From NCBI GenBank assembly GCA_965224465.1, contig OZ245049.1:4740001-4772000 (forward strand): DNA of 32,000 nucleotides, given 5' to 3'. The position numbers and the translations under genes are program-made. Positions 1 to 8,041 of this stretch are shown here, one piece after another; the stretch's first letter is position 1; every line of letters begins with the position of its first letter. Under the pieces are notes generated by a model that made no database searches, was not told the DNA's origin, and worked only from the letters and a program-made list of their open reading frames with translations. Origin of the DNA: Flavobacteriaceae bacterium. GTDB lineage: Bacteria > Bacteroidota > Bacteroidia > Flavobacteriales > Flavobacteriaceae.

Positions 1-102
1 TTTAGAATACCTGAAAACTATACTCCAGAACAAAAAGATTATAAATATGATGAATTTAAAAATACAAACCTCAGTGTTGAAACCTTATCTAGTACTCGTT
101 AA
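1..102 (+). CDS. 3' end of a gene that starts left of the window (33 codons + stop); possibly the C-terminus of a toxin paired with the lipoprotein at 47..1045
   Basis: Frame 1 is open from base 1 to TAA at 100-102 (FRIPENYTPEQKDYKYDEFKNTNLSVETLSSTR*). It overlaps the start of the next ORF, the same coupled layout as the other toxin/lipoprotein pairs in 1068..5484. No domain is recognisable from 33 residues. Confidence 0.3.
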   Translation, partial: FRIPENYTPEQKDYKYDEFKNTNLSVETLSSTR

Positions 103-1045
103 AATAAGTATACTTGCTTTTTGTTTAATTTCGTGTAAAAATGAGAAAAAAGAAAATCTAATTTCTTCTCAGAATAGCATAAATAAAACTTACAAAGGAA
201 GAAAAGTTATTAAAGAAGTTATGTTTAAATATAATAAACAAAACTTAAAATCTATATTTTTATTAAAAGAGGAAGGAGAACTCGGTACTAAAGGTTTTAC
301 TAAAGAGTTAGAAGTTTTAATTTTAAATAAAGATATTTTAATTGATAGCTTTTCTTTTAAAAATAAAAGTATCCTTTGTGACTTAAAGATTTTAATTGAT
401 GAAATTAAGGTTATAAATGAGGATAATCATCAAATTTTATTCTTTCCTATTATACATAGCTGTGATGGTGAAGAACCTAAATTGCTAAAAATAAATATTT
501 GGGATGATAAGAAATCAAGTTATGAAATAGGTATTCCTGTATATTTTCAAAATTCAGAAAGTAAAAGAGAGTTTGCAGAAAGTGTTTCTTTAATTAATTT
601 TAAATCAAATCAAATTAGAAATAACGCATATATTACAATAGGTAAAGAGACAAAAATTAATCTATTTAAAATTAAGGGTGAAAAATCTAATAAGATAGAT
701 AGAGAAAATCCTAAATGTTTTACAGAATCTGATATTTCTAAAATCAAAGATTTTTTTGCTGTACCAACAAAAGATAATTTTTTTAATAATTTTGATAAAA
801 AAGAAAATATAAGTGTAGAGTATATAGTTAGTTACTTGAAGAGTACAGATTGTTTAAATCAAAATATATCTATAACTAAAATTAATGATTGTACAGATGA
901 ATTGAAATGTGAGATCTATTGTTCTTTCAATTTAACACAAGATGAAAAAGATGACGGAGAGCTAAGTGAGGAAACTTTATATATTTATTTTAATAAAATT
1001 AATGGCAAAATCTACTTAAATAAATTAGAGTCTGAAGGTAGATAA
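47..1045 (+). CDS. Lipoprotein of unknown function, candidate immunity protein
   Basis: 332-aa ORF with an N-terminal hydrophobic stretch ending in a lipobox-like LISC followed by KNEKKE. Its position directly after an upstream gene end matches the other cassettes. The true start may be an internal GTG/TTG near 74-77. Confidence 0.6.
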   Translation: MMNLKIQTSVLKPYLVLVKISILAFCLISCKNEKKENLISSQNSINKTYKGRKVIKEVMFKYNKQNLKSIFLLKEEGELGTKGFTKELEVLILNKDILIDSFSFKNKSILCDLKILIDEIKVINEDNHQILFFPIIHSCDGEEPKLLKINIWDDKKSSYEIGIPVYFQNSESKREFAESVSLINFKSNQIRNNAYITIGKETKINLFKIKGEKSNKIDRENPKCFTESDISKIKDFFAVPTKDNFFNNFDKKENISVEYIVSYLKSTDCLNQNISITKINDCTDELKCEIYCSFNLTQDEKDDGELSEETLYIYFNKINGKIYLNKLESEGR

Positions 1046-1067
1046 GTGTTTTTCCACCTCTTCTGAT

Positions 1068-2555
1068 GTGAGCGTCACGCTCGTAACAACTCCAACACCA
1101 AAAACTAAAGTATATGAAAAAGAACCAAAAGAAACCGATAATGATATTGTGACTACAGAAGCGTTTTCTGTACGAAAAGTAACAGCTACTAAGGATAAAG
1201 ATGGTACAGAATGGTTACAAGTAAAAGGTAAAAGAAAACATAAAGATAAACAAGGTTGGATAAAATTAAGTGAACTAACAGAGATAAACCCATATGAATG
1301 GCAAATCCTTAATGATACCGGATCACAATACTTTTATCAATTTGGAGATTCTGTAGAAAATACCGAGCCTCATAATTTTGTTACTACATTATGGGAGCAA
1401 TTAAAGCAATACGATAGCGATAATGATAAAGTGTTAAGCGTATATGAGTTACAAAAAGCAAGAAGTTCAGAAGCAGGAGCTAAAATACTAAGTAAATTTA
1501 TATGTAAGCATTTTAGTGAGTGGGATACTAATAGCAAAATAAGAGATTTTAAAACTGAGGTAGAAAATATTTATAAAAAAGGAATAGAGCAAGAAACAGT
1601 TAAAGCTGAGATAACAGCTTTAGAAGAGGCAAGAGATAATAAAATAGCACTCTTAGAAGATAAAATTAATAACCTTTGTTTTTGGGATAAAATCCAAACA
1701 GGAGATCTTGTACCTACCAGTAAACGTAAACAAGATTATATTGACAAACATAAACCTGTGCGTACAAGTATGTTACCGAAAGGCACAAGTAAAGAAGAGA
1801 TACGTTTAGCAAAAGAGTTTGATGACTTAGAGAAAGAAAGAACACCTAGAAAATTCCCTACGGATTCTAATGTGTATCACTTCCATCCTATTGCATTTGT
1901 TGAGCAGATGAAGATGATATGTGCTACTACACCACCTTGGATGGAGGTGGCTTTAGCAGAAGCTAAAAAAGCTAAGTTTATTAGAGAAACTTTGAGTCCA
2001 ACATCTGAAATGGCTAATAAATACCATACTTATGTAGGGATGCCTAAAGCTACTGGTTCTACAGCTTGGTGTGCCTCTTTTGTTAATTGGTGTTTAAACG
2101 AATCTGGTCAAAAAAGTGTAAAATCAGCGGGTTCACAAAGTATACTTTGGAATGAAGGAAAACTATTTAAGCGTATTAATGAACCGGTATATGGTTGTAT
2201 TGTTTTATTAACTAATTATGTTAAAAGTAATGGTAAACAAACTTCTAATGGACACGTTACTTTTTTATACGGAATTGATTCTAACGATAATTTAATATGC
2301 TTAGGAGGAAATCAACGTGATACAATAAAGTTTTCTAGATATAAAAAAAAAGGAGTTTTAGCTACTTTTGAACAATATCAGAAGTCTGAAAAAGGTGTTG
2401 TTTTTGTGGAGCAGAAATTTAATGGTTTTTTCTTACCTATGGATTATTTTACATCTAATAGTAAGGAACCAGATGTTGTAAACATGAAAAAATTAAATAA
2501 TGAACTGGCTGGTAAAGCTGTAAAATCTGATGGGAAAAATGAAAAAACTACTTAG
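1068..2555 (+). CDS. Peptidoglycan amidase toxin; the C-terminal domain resembles the TIGR02594 / CHAP (NlpC/P60 superfamily) family
   Basis: The C-terminal ~200 aa carry the family pattern PPWMEVALAEAKK...TAWCASFVNWCLNESG (Cys nucleophile)...YGCIVLL...NGHVTFLYG (His)...LGGNQRDTIKFS. The junction NVYHFHPIAFVEQMKMI precedes it. There is no signal peptide. The ORF starts at GTG and its frame is open back to 1029, so it may itself be a 5'-truncated module. Confidence 0.75.
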   Translation: MSVTLVTTPTPKTKVYEKEPKETDNDIVTTEAFSVRKVTATKDKDGTEWLQVKGKRKHKDKQGWIKLSELTEINPYEWQILNDTGSQYFYQFGDSVENTEPHNFVTTLWEQLKQYDSDNDKVLSVYELQKARSSEAGAKILSKFICKHFSEWDTNSKIRDFKTEVENIYKKGIEQETVKAEITALEEARDNKIALLEDKINNLCFWDKIQTGDLVPTSKRKQDYIDKHKPVRTSMLPKGTSKEEIRLAKEFDDLEKERTPRKFPTDSNVYHFHPIAFVEQMKMICATTPPWMEVALAEAKKAKFIRETLSPTSEMANKYHTYVGMPKATGSTAWCASFVNWCLNESGQKSVKSAGSQSILWNEGKLFKRINEPVYGCIVLLTNYVKSNGKQTSNGHVTFLYGIDSNDNLICLGGNQRDTIKFSRYKKKGVLATFEQYQKSEKGVVFVEQKFNGFFLPMDYFTSNSKEPDVVNMKKLNNELAGKAVKSDGKNEKTT

Positions 2556-3021
2556 TATAATCTTATTAACACTACTCTTAATAGCTTGTAAAAAAGAAGC
2601 TAAACCAACTAAAAGTAATATCTCTAATAGAAATAAAATTATTATTAAAAGTGATACTTTAAAAAGAATAAAGACCATTAATGATAAAGAAGTAGAAAAA
2701 CAGACCATTGTAGTTTTTTTAAAAAGGTTACAACTTGCTGTTAAAAGTAATAACATTGAGATAATAAATAAATCTATAAAGTTTCCTTTAGAATTTAGCA
2801 GTGGTGGAGAATCTATTTTTTACAATAACTATCAAGAGATTAAAGAAGATGGAAGCAATGAAGAATTTTCAAAAATATTAGAAGCTAAATTTATTGAGAA
2901 AAACAATTCTTTCTATAAAGTTAGATATCAAGATCCACAAAGTATAGATTATTTTATTACTTTTTATTTTATTAAAAGTATTGATGGTTTTAAATTAAAG
3001 AGTTTTTCAGAACCTTATTAA
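2530..3021 (+). CDS. Lipoprotein, candidate immunity protein for the 1068..2555 amidase
   Basis: 163-aa ORF overlapping the toxin stop by 26 nt (17 nt if the second ATG at 2539 is used). Signal peptide with lipobox LIAC then KKEAK. Confidence 0.6.
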   Translation: MGKMKKLLSIILLTLLLIACKKEAKPTKSNISNRNKIIIKSDTLKRIKTINDKEVEKQTIVVFLKRLQLAVKSNNIEIINKSIKFPLEFSSGGESIFYNNYQEIKEDGSNEEFSKILEAKFIEKNNSFYKVRYQDPQSIDYFITFYFIKSIDGFKLKSFSEPY

Positions 3022-3347
3022 AAAAACTAAACGGTGAATTAATTAAAAATATTGAAGATGCTTTTGTGGGAGCTGTAATAGTTTTCTCGCATTCCCATGT
3101 AGCTTTTATTGCTGGACAATCTAAAGACAAAAAAAGTTTAATTTATTTAGGAGGTAACCAATCAGATGGAGCTACAAATGAAGGGCCGGGAAAAAGAACA
3201 ATTTGTACAAATCCAAAATCTAAATCAGGTTTTAATACAAAGTTTTGGTTAGTAAAACCAAAAAATCATCCTTTAAATTCAAATAAAGAATTACCTGTAA
3301 TATCTTCAGGTGGAAAAGAATTAGGTTATAAAGAAACACATAACTAA
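2994..3347 (+). pseudogene. 5'-truncated remnant of a second TIGR02594-type amidase (C-terminal ~110 aa only, catalytic Cys region missing)
   Basis: The frame is open from 2994 with no ATG. FVGAVIVFSHSHVAFIAGQSKDKKSLIYLGGNQSDG aligns colinearly with VYGCIVLL...GHVTFLYGIDSNDNLICLGGNQRDT of the 1068..2555 protein. The WCASFVNWC segment is absent. Confidence 0.6.
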
Positions 3348-3349
3348 TT

Positions 3350-4189
3350 ATGAAAACATATAATAATATTAGATTACTATTAATTGAAATAATTTTCTTA
3401 ACAATTATTTCTTGTAAGAATAATAAAGAAACCCCTAAAAACAATCATGTTTCAATATATTTAAAAACAAAAACGGAAGCAAAAAAACAAGACAGTACAA
3501 AAAAACAAATATTTGATGACAAAGAATTAAAAAATATTTTAAAACAACAATTAGCGAAGGGTAAATCTGCTTTGTATGATGATTCTTTTGATGTTGTGAC
3601 CTATAAATATAGTCAGAAGGATTTAGATGTCATTCTACCTTTTTTGAAGGAAAATCTAATCGGTTATGATGTTCCTTCAAATATAAAGTTTAAAAAAATA
3701 ATCAAACAGATATTTGGTAGAACTGTTGATTTTGCAAGTAATTCAAATTATTTATATGTGAATTTTAATAATAAATTAGATAGAGCTAAAAAGTTTTATA
3801 GAAATGATAATTCAATTCAAATAAACCCTTTCGCTATATTTATTATTAAAAAGGGTAATTTTATAACACCTCTTTATTCTGTAGCAGAGATTTTAAATTA
3901 CAAAAATATATATCCAGAAATATCTAAATTTGAAAATAAAGTTAAAATCAATCAAAAAAATAAAAATGGTGAATCAATAAAGGTATTTAAATGGAGTGAA
4001 GACAAAGAAAATAATATTTCAAATAATTTAAAAACATTTGTAGCTAGAAATAAATATCTTTTTAATAACGATAAAAGCCAATTAGATTGGCTACTAAAAA
4101 ACGACGAAGAGTTTATGGAAGCGTTGATAAGGGTTTATAATTATTCTAAAGACCAAAAACATAAAGATTGGTATGCTAAAAGAAATTAA
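3350..4189 (+). CDS. Lipoprotein, candidate immunity protein retained next to the amidase remnant
   Basis: 279-aa ORF starting 2 nt after the remnant stop. Signal peptide with lipobox IISC then KNNKE. Confidence 0.6.
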   Translation: MKTYNNIRLLLIEIIFLTIISCKNNKETPKNNHVSIYLKTKTEAKKQDSTKKQIFDDKELKNILKQQLAKGKSALYDDSFDVVTYKYSQKDLDVILPFLKENLIGYDVPSNIKFKKIIKQIFGRTVDFASNSNYLYVNFNNKLDRAKKFYRNDNSIQINPFAIFIIKKGNFITPLYSVAEILNYKNIYPEISKFENKVKINQKNKNGESIKVFKWSEDKENNISNNLKTFVARNKYLFNNDKSQLDWLLKNDEEFMEALIRVYNYSKDQKHKDWYAKRN

Positions 4190-4205
4190 ATACAAATACG
4201 AACAC

Positions 4206-4332
4206 ATTGATAAACATAAATATGGACACATCAGTATGCCTCCTAAAGGATTGAGTTAAAAGACAATTTTCAACTAATTCTAATGTGTATCATTTTCACC
4301 CGATTGCATTTGTGGAACAGATGAAGATGATT
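4206..4332 (+). repeat. Decayed copy of the conserved pre-toxin region of 1068..2555 (homologous to 1740..1919)
   Basis: IDKHKYGHISMPPKGLS (4206..4256) matches IDKHKPVRTSMLPKGTS (1740..1790). 57 nt of the long gene are replaced by 4 nt (taaa), which gives a stop and a frameshift. RQFSTNSNVYHFHPIAFVEQMKMI (4261..4332) then matches RKFPTDSNVYHFHPIAFVEQMKMI (1848..1919). Confidence 0.8.
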
Positions 4333-4929
4333 GCTGGGGAACTTGATATTAAATCTGGTATTGAGTGGTTAGACTCTATTGCTATAACAATGCAAGAAAG
4401 AAAAGAAGGTGATAATTTTAAAGTAAAATATAAAAATGATGTTAATAGTGATACTAGAACTGCAATTACAGACAAAGGGGAAGAATCTTTAGACTGTTCA
4501 GAACTTGTTTGTAGGTATTTACAAAAAATCGGTTGGAGTAAAGAAGTTAAATGGCTTACAACAGCTTTGCTTTATTCATATGCACAGAAACATCCTGATA
4601 AATTAAGAATTAATGATGACGAAAATTACAAACCTATAAAAGGAGATATTTTTCTTTGGAAAAGCAATTCTGGCAGAATGGGACATACAGGCGTTGTTGT
4701 TGCTTATGACCAAAATACAGATACCGTTACTACAATAGAAGCCATTACAGGAAATACTTTAGCAAATGAAAATAGTAAAGGTTTTCAACTAATTAATAAA
4801 TCATCTTACTATAGGTTTAATTTTGGAGGTACTATTAAATGCGTTTGGAAAAGAAAAGAATACCACTTAATAGGTCATAAAAAAGTAGGCTATACAAATT
4901 GTAGGTTTTACACTCCGTTAAAAAAATAA
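4285..4929 (+). CDS. Orphan NlpC/P60-type cell-wall hydrolase toxin module
   Basis: Begins (GTG) inside the conserved junction YHFHPIAFVEQMKMI. It then has the NlpC/P60 signature LDCSELVCRYL (Cys) and GDIFLWKSNSGRMGHTGVVVAY (His). No signal peptide; decayed conserved sequence lies upstream. Confidence 0.65.
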   Translation: MYHFHPIAFVEQMKMIAGELDIKSGIEWLDSIAITMQERKEGDNFKVKYKNDVNSDTRTAITDKGEESLDCSELVCRYLQKIGWSKEVKWLTTALLYSYAQKHPDKLRINDDENYKPIKGDIFLWKSNSGRMGHTGVVVAYDQNTDTVTTIEAITGNTLANENSKGFQLINKSSYYRFNFGGTIKCVWKRKEYHLIGHKKVGYTNCRFYTPLKK

Positions 4930-4932
4930 TAT

Positions 4933-5484
4933 ATGTATAAAAAATTTTTATTTATTTTATTTGTTTCTGTTATAACTTTCTCTTGTAAAAAGAAACAAAA
5001 AAACTTTATCAATAAGAAATTAGAAATTCCCATTAATAAAGTTCAAGTTAAAAAAAGTTTATTAGATACAATTTCGACAAGTTTAAAAAAACTTAATTAT
5101 GAACTACATCCTTATTCTGGATTTCCTTTGTTTTTTAATAATAAAAACAAAGACTATTATTATGCAATAACAGTAATCTCCAATAACAACGAAATAAAAG
5201 ACAATTGGGTATTTGATGAGCTATCTTTTAATGAGAAAGTTGTAACAGAAACAAAACAATATATTTTAAAAAACGAAAAATCATATAACCTTGTTTTATT
5301 ATTAATTAAAGATAATATTTATGAACAAGATGGTGTTTTTAGTCCTAGTGAAAATTTCAATTATGAATTATACTTAAAGAAAAATAATGTTTGGGTTTTA
5401 AAACAAAAATCTTTTTTCGATCAAGATTTCTTTGTATTCTTAGACTCTATATTTCTTAAGGAAGTTGAGCGTATTTTAAAATAA
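4933..5484 (+). CDS. Lipoprotein, candidate immunity protein for the NlpC/P60 module
   Basis: 183-aa ORF starting 3 nt after the toxin stop. Signal peptide with lipobox TFSC then KKKQK. Confidence 0.6.
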   Translation: MYKKFLFILFVSVITFSCKKKQKNFINKKLEIPINKVQVKKSLLDTISTSLKKLNYELHPYSGFPLFFNNKNKDYYYAITVISNNNEIKDNWVFDELSFNEKVVTETKQYILKNEKSYNLVLLLIKDNIYEQDGVFSPSENFNYELYLKKNNVWVLKQKSFFDQDFFVFLDSIFLKEVERILK

Positions 5485-5558
5485 AATTGCTTAGAACAAA
5501 GTGTATAATTAATGGCGGTTTCGTGCTAATTTATAAAGTTTAAGCATTTATAATCCCG

Positions 5559-5596
5559 AAAACGAATTGTACACATTTTAAAAACGAATTGTACAC
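5559..5596. repeat. Two direct copies of aaaacgaattgtacac spaced 22 bp start to start
   Basis: Exact 16-mers at 5559..5574 and 5581..5596, in the intergenic region between the toxin array and the prophage-like block. The function is unknown; a protein-binding site is possible. Confidence 0.7.
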
Positions 5597-5611
5597 TATT
5601 TTTTTAAATTT

Positions 5612-5644
5612 AAAAGCCGCTTAAACAGAGTTTAAACGGCTTTT
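5612..5644. terminator. Bidirectional rho-independent terminator between convergent genes
   Basis: Hairpin aaaagccgcttaaac / gtttaaacggctttt with loop agag and one mismatch. An A-run lies on one side and a T-run on the other. It sits between the 3' ends of 4933..5484 (+) and 5650..6501 (-). Confidence 0.7.
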
Positions 5645-5649
5645 AAGTA

Positions 5650-6501
5650 CTATGATACCGTGCTTGTCCAGCCTTTATGAAGCATTATATCCGTATAACT
5701 GGTATTGGATGTGGTGTTAGCCTTCATTTCCTTCTTTTCTGCATTATCAAAGGGATTATTATCAAATGTACTGTGGCTTATCCACTCACATAGCTCTATA
5801 ATTGAGGATTTATTAGAAGTAAAGTAAAAGTAGTTTGTACCATCCAATACCGTTAGCACATCTAAGTAATCCTTTAATTTCCAATAATTTTTGTAAGTGC
5901 TACAGTCTGTGCTTAGGTATGGTGGATCTACTAGGAATACTACCGACTTCTCACTTTTATACTTAGCAAATAAATCTTTATAATCCATTTTAACCACTTT
6001 TAAACCATTCAAATAGCCATCAGCATTATAATTACTCTTTCGTATCTTATTGTAAAGTGTTGCCTTTGAAAGTCCTTTAAAATCGGTCACAGTGTTCATT
6101 GCGAATAGTAACGAGCTAGAGATTGTTTGGTAATCTACAAAACCAGTGTTTTTTTCAAATAATTCCAATACTTCAGATCTGAATGGTTCTGTTATTTTTA
6201 TTCCTCGAGGAGCATTTTTTAAAACAATTCTTAGTTGCTCTAGGTAGGTGTTAGTAGTTGGAATTGCTTCAATACGCTCCCTGAAATTATCGTAATCGTT
6301 ATAAATTACTGTAGCCTCTTGGTAATAATCTTTTACAGTTCTTGAAAGTAATCCACTACCACCAAACAAGTCTACATAAATAGCATTCTTGGGATATTTC
6401 TCAAGCGCTTGTTTAAAGGCTGTTAGGTAGTTACGTTTTTGCCCCATAAAAGGCAATGGAGACACCTTAAAAATTTTCTTAATAATTGGTGTTTTTATCA
6501 T
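5650..6501 (-). CDS. N6-adenine DNA methyltransferase, Dam-like (D12 class), with no adjacent restriction gene
   Basis: SAM-binding motif VDLFGGSGLLS near the N-terminus and catalytic DPPY (VFLVDPPYLSTD) at ~residue 192. This is the motif order and spacing of Dam/D12 enzymes. Confidence 0.85.
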   Translation of the reverse strand: MIKTPIIKKIFKVSPLPFMGQKRNYLTAFKQALEKYPKNAIYVDLFGGSGLLSRTVKDYYQEATVIYNDYDNFRERIEAIPTTNTYLEQLRIVLKNAPRGIKITEPFRSEVLELFEKNTGFVDYQTISSSLLFAMNTVTDFKGLSKATLYNKIRKSNYNADGYLNGLKVVKMDYKDLFAKYKSEKSVVFLVDPPYLSTDCSTYKNYWKLKDYLDVLTVLDGTNYFYFTSNKSSIIELCEWISHSTFDNNPFDNAEKKEMKANTTSNTSYTDIMLHKGWTSTVS

Positions 6502-6545
6502 TCTTATATTAATATATTTGTCATCTGACCACTAAAAAACAAAAA

Positions 6546-6594
6546 AACCACACAAGCAACCAAAGGATTTTGTCCTTCAGTAGCCTGTGTGGTT
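6546..6594 (-). terminator. Intrinsic terminator after the tail-collar gene, embedded in a larger set of nested inverted repeats
   Basis: On the - strand, stem aaccacaca(gg)/(ct)tgtgtggtt (9 perfect bp plus 1) is followed by tttttttgtttttt. It lies between the stop of 6672..7535 and the start of 5650..6501. Confidence 0.55.
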
Positions 6595-6671
6595 CTTGTT
6601 TAAAAAGTGGTCAGATATTTTTTAAAACTGAAGGACTTTTTTTAATTCATTCCCCCAATGAATTTAGTTTT

Positions 6672-7535
6672 CTATCCTACATAAATAATGTACGCAACAA
6701 CATAATAAGGAGGTCTATTCTCATGATCTTCATTCCCTCCTTTGTTTATAGTACTTAGAGATACAGATTGCTGAGGCGAATAAGTTGTCTCAGAAACACT
6801 TAAGGCATTAATGTTATTATTATTTGTAAGTACATTCTGAGATGATGATCCTCCTTTTGCATAAACTGTATGAGGTAGCGAATGTTTATGAGGCGGAATA
6901 ATTATATTACCATTATGGTTATGAGAAGGCATTTGTGATTCACTTAATTTAACTTTTTCAAACCCTCCAGTCCTATTTATATAAGTACTAATATCACTAT
7001 AATCTGGAGATGAAGAATCAAAGCCAACAATAAACCTACCTGATAAATTAGGTGTTCCGTTAGATCCATTACACAATTTCCATCCATTAGGAATGGTATT
7101 AATTGATCCAGACCACATTATTATTCCTCCAATAGGTGTGCTATGATTTTGTAATTTTGAAATCCGTTTTAATTCCGAAAAACTAAACGTTATCACTCCT
7201 CCAGTACCGCATTTTGCCTCTCTAATAATATGTGCTGGCTTGGTGTCTAAATTACCATCCAAGTCTAAATCTTCATTATAAACAGCAGCTACATTAGTTT
7301 CAATAATAGTTATTGTAGTTGCTTCTACGGATGCTTTAAACGGAAATATTTCGCCATTATAAATAATTGTTCCTGCGGACACATTCCCTGCAGTAACAAC
7401 AACACCTTCCAAAATCACACTTTTACCTATTGCTTTAGATAATCCAATGATTCCATACTGTAGTGACTTTTGAAGGAATTTGAATCCCTCTATGGTAAGC
7501 CCAAAACCACCTGATTTTAAATCTAAATAATCCAT
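6672..7535 (-). CDS. Phage tail fibre protein with a C-terminal tail-collar (MdpB-like) domain
   Basis: Typical collar-domain motifs: IPNGWKLCNGSNGTPNLSGRFIVGF, GGFEKVKLSESQMPSHNH, and C-terminal HENRPPYYVVAYIIY. Confidence 0.85.
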   Translation of the reverse strand: MDYLDLKSGGFGLTIEGFKFLQKSLQYGIIGLSKAIGKSVILEGVVVTAGNVSAGTIIYNGEIFPFKASVEATTITIIETNVAAVYNEDLDLDGNLDTKPAHIIREAKCGTGGVITFSFSELKRISKLQNHSTPIGGIIMWSGSINTIPNGWKLCNGSNGTPNLSGRFIVGFDSSSPDYSDISTYINRTGGFEKVKLSESQMPSHNHNGNIIIPPHKHSLPHTVYAKGGSSSQNVLTNNNNINALSVSETTYSPQQSVSLSTINKGGNEDHENRPPYYVVAYIIYVG

Positions 7536-8041
7536 TGTATGTTATATGTTTTACTTGCTAATTTGTAATAATCAATTAATGCAGCCACTCCACTTACATA
7601 TGCTGTTTTTGCAATTTCATCTACTGGTAATAGATCTGAAGGAGCCAATACTTCAAAGTCGGATCCAACCCCCATAAAATCGTTGTCTGAATATACAAAC
7701 ACTGGCTGTTGTTCTTGTTCTGAATAAATAAAGGCTGGTTTGTTTTCTGCCTCAGAATAGATCCATAATGGTTCTAAGAATCTTCCATCTGTTATTTTAA
7801 ACCTTCGCTGTTCCTTGTCAAATATATCATTTAAGGCAGCCTGTAAATAACATACTTGACTATTATGTGTTACCTCGTAAATAGACACAAATCGAAAGTT
7901 TAAAAACTGCCCATACAACTCTTTAAATGGTGTTATAAGAGCGTTTAACCACTCAATCTGAATACGCTTACGTAGCTCTATTGGTAAATTTAGTACCAGG
8001 AGTTTTTTAAAGTTGATAATATAAATACGACTATTGACCAC
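7523..8041 (-). CDS. Phage structural-module protein, function unknown
   Basis: 172-aa ORF overlapping both neighbours by 11-13 nt (translational coupling) within the tail gene block. No motif recognised. Confidence 0.5.
   Translation of the reverse strand: MVNSRIYIINFKKLLVLNLPIELRKRIQIEWLNALITPFKELYGQFLNFRFVSIYEVTHNSQVCYLQAALNDIFDKEQRRFKITDGRFLEPLWIYSEAENKPAFIYSEQEQQPVFVYSDNDFMGVGSDFEVLAPSDLLPVDEIAKTAYVSGVAALIDYYKLASKTYNIQWII

Noticed and set aside
1413-1448. EF-hand-like calcium-binding loop (DSDNDKVLSVYE, pattern DxDxDxxLxxxE) in the pre-toxin region of 1068..2555
   Set aside because: This is a single 12-residue pattern match with Lys instead of Gly at position 6 and no paired second loop. 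That is too weak to call a domain without profile or structural support.
2493-2756. Listed antisense or alternative-frame ORFs: 2493..2756, 3232..3444, 6570..6758, 8674..8928, 10821..11015, 12349..12534, 17320..17541, 18329..18547, 20220..20501, 22496..22780, 22587..22793, 23512..23709, 24808..25017, 27584..27772
   Set aside because: Each lies inside or opposite a longer ORF that carries recognisable motifs or better context. Their sequences are low-complexity or hydrophobic strings typical of AT-rich antisense frames, and none has a recognisable motif.
6672-7535. Diversity-generating retroelement targeting the tail-collar fibre
   Set aside because: There is no reverse transcriptase gene in the window, and I found no template/variable repeat pair matching the 3' end of this gene.
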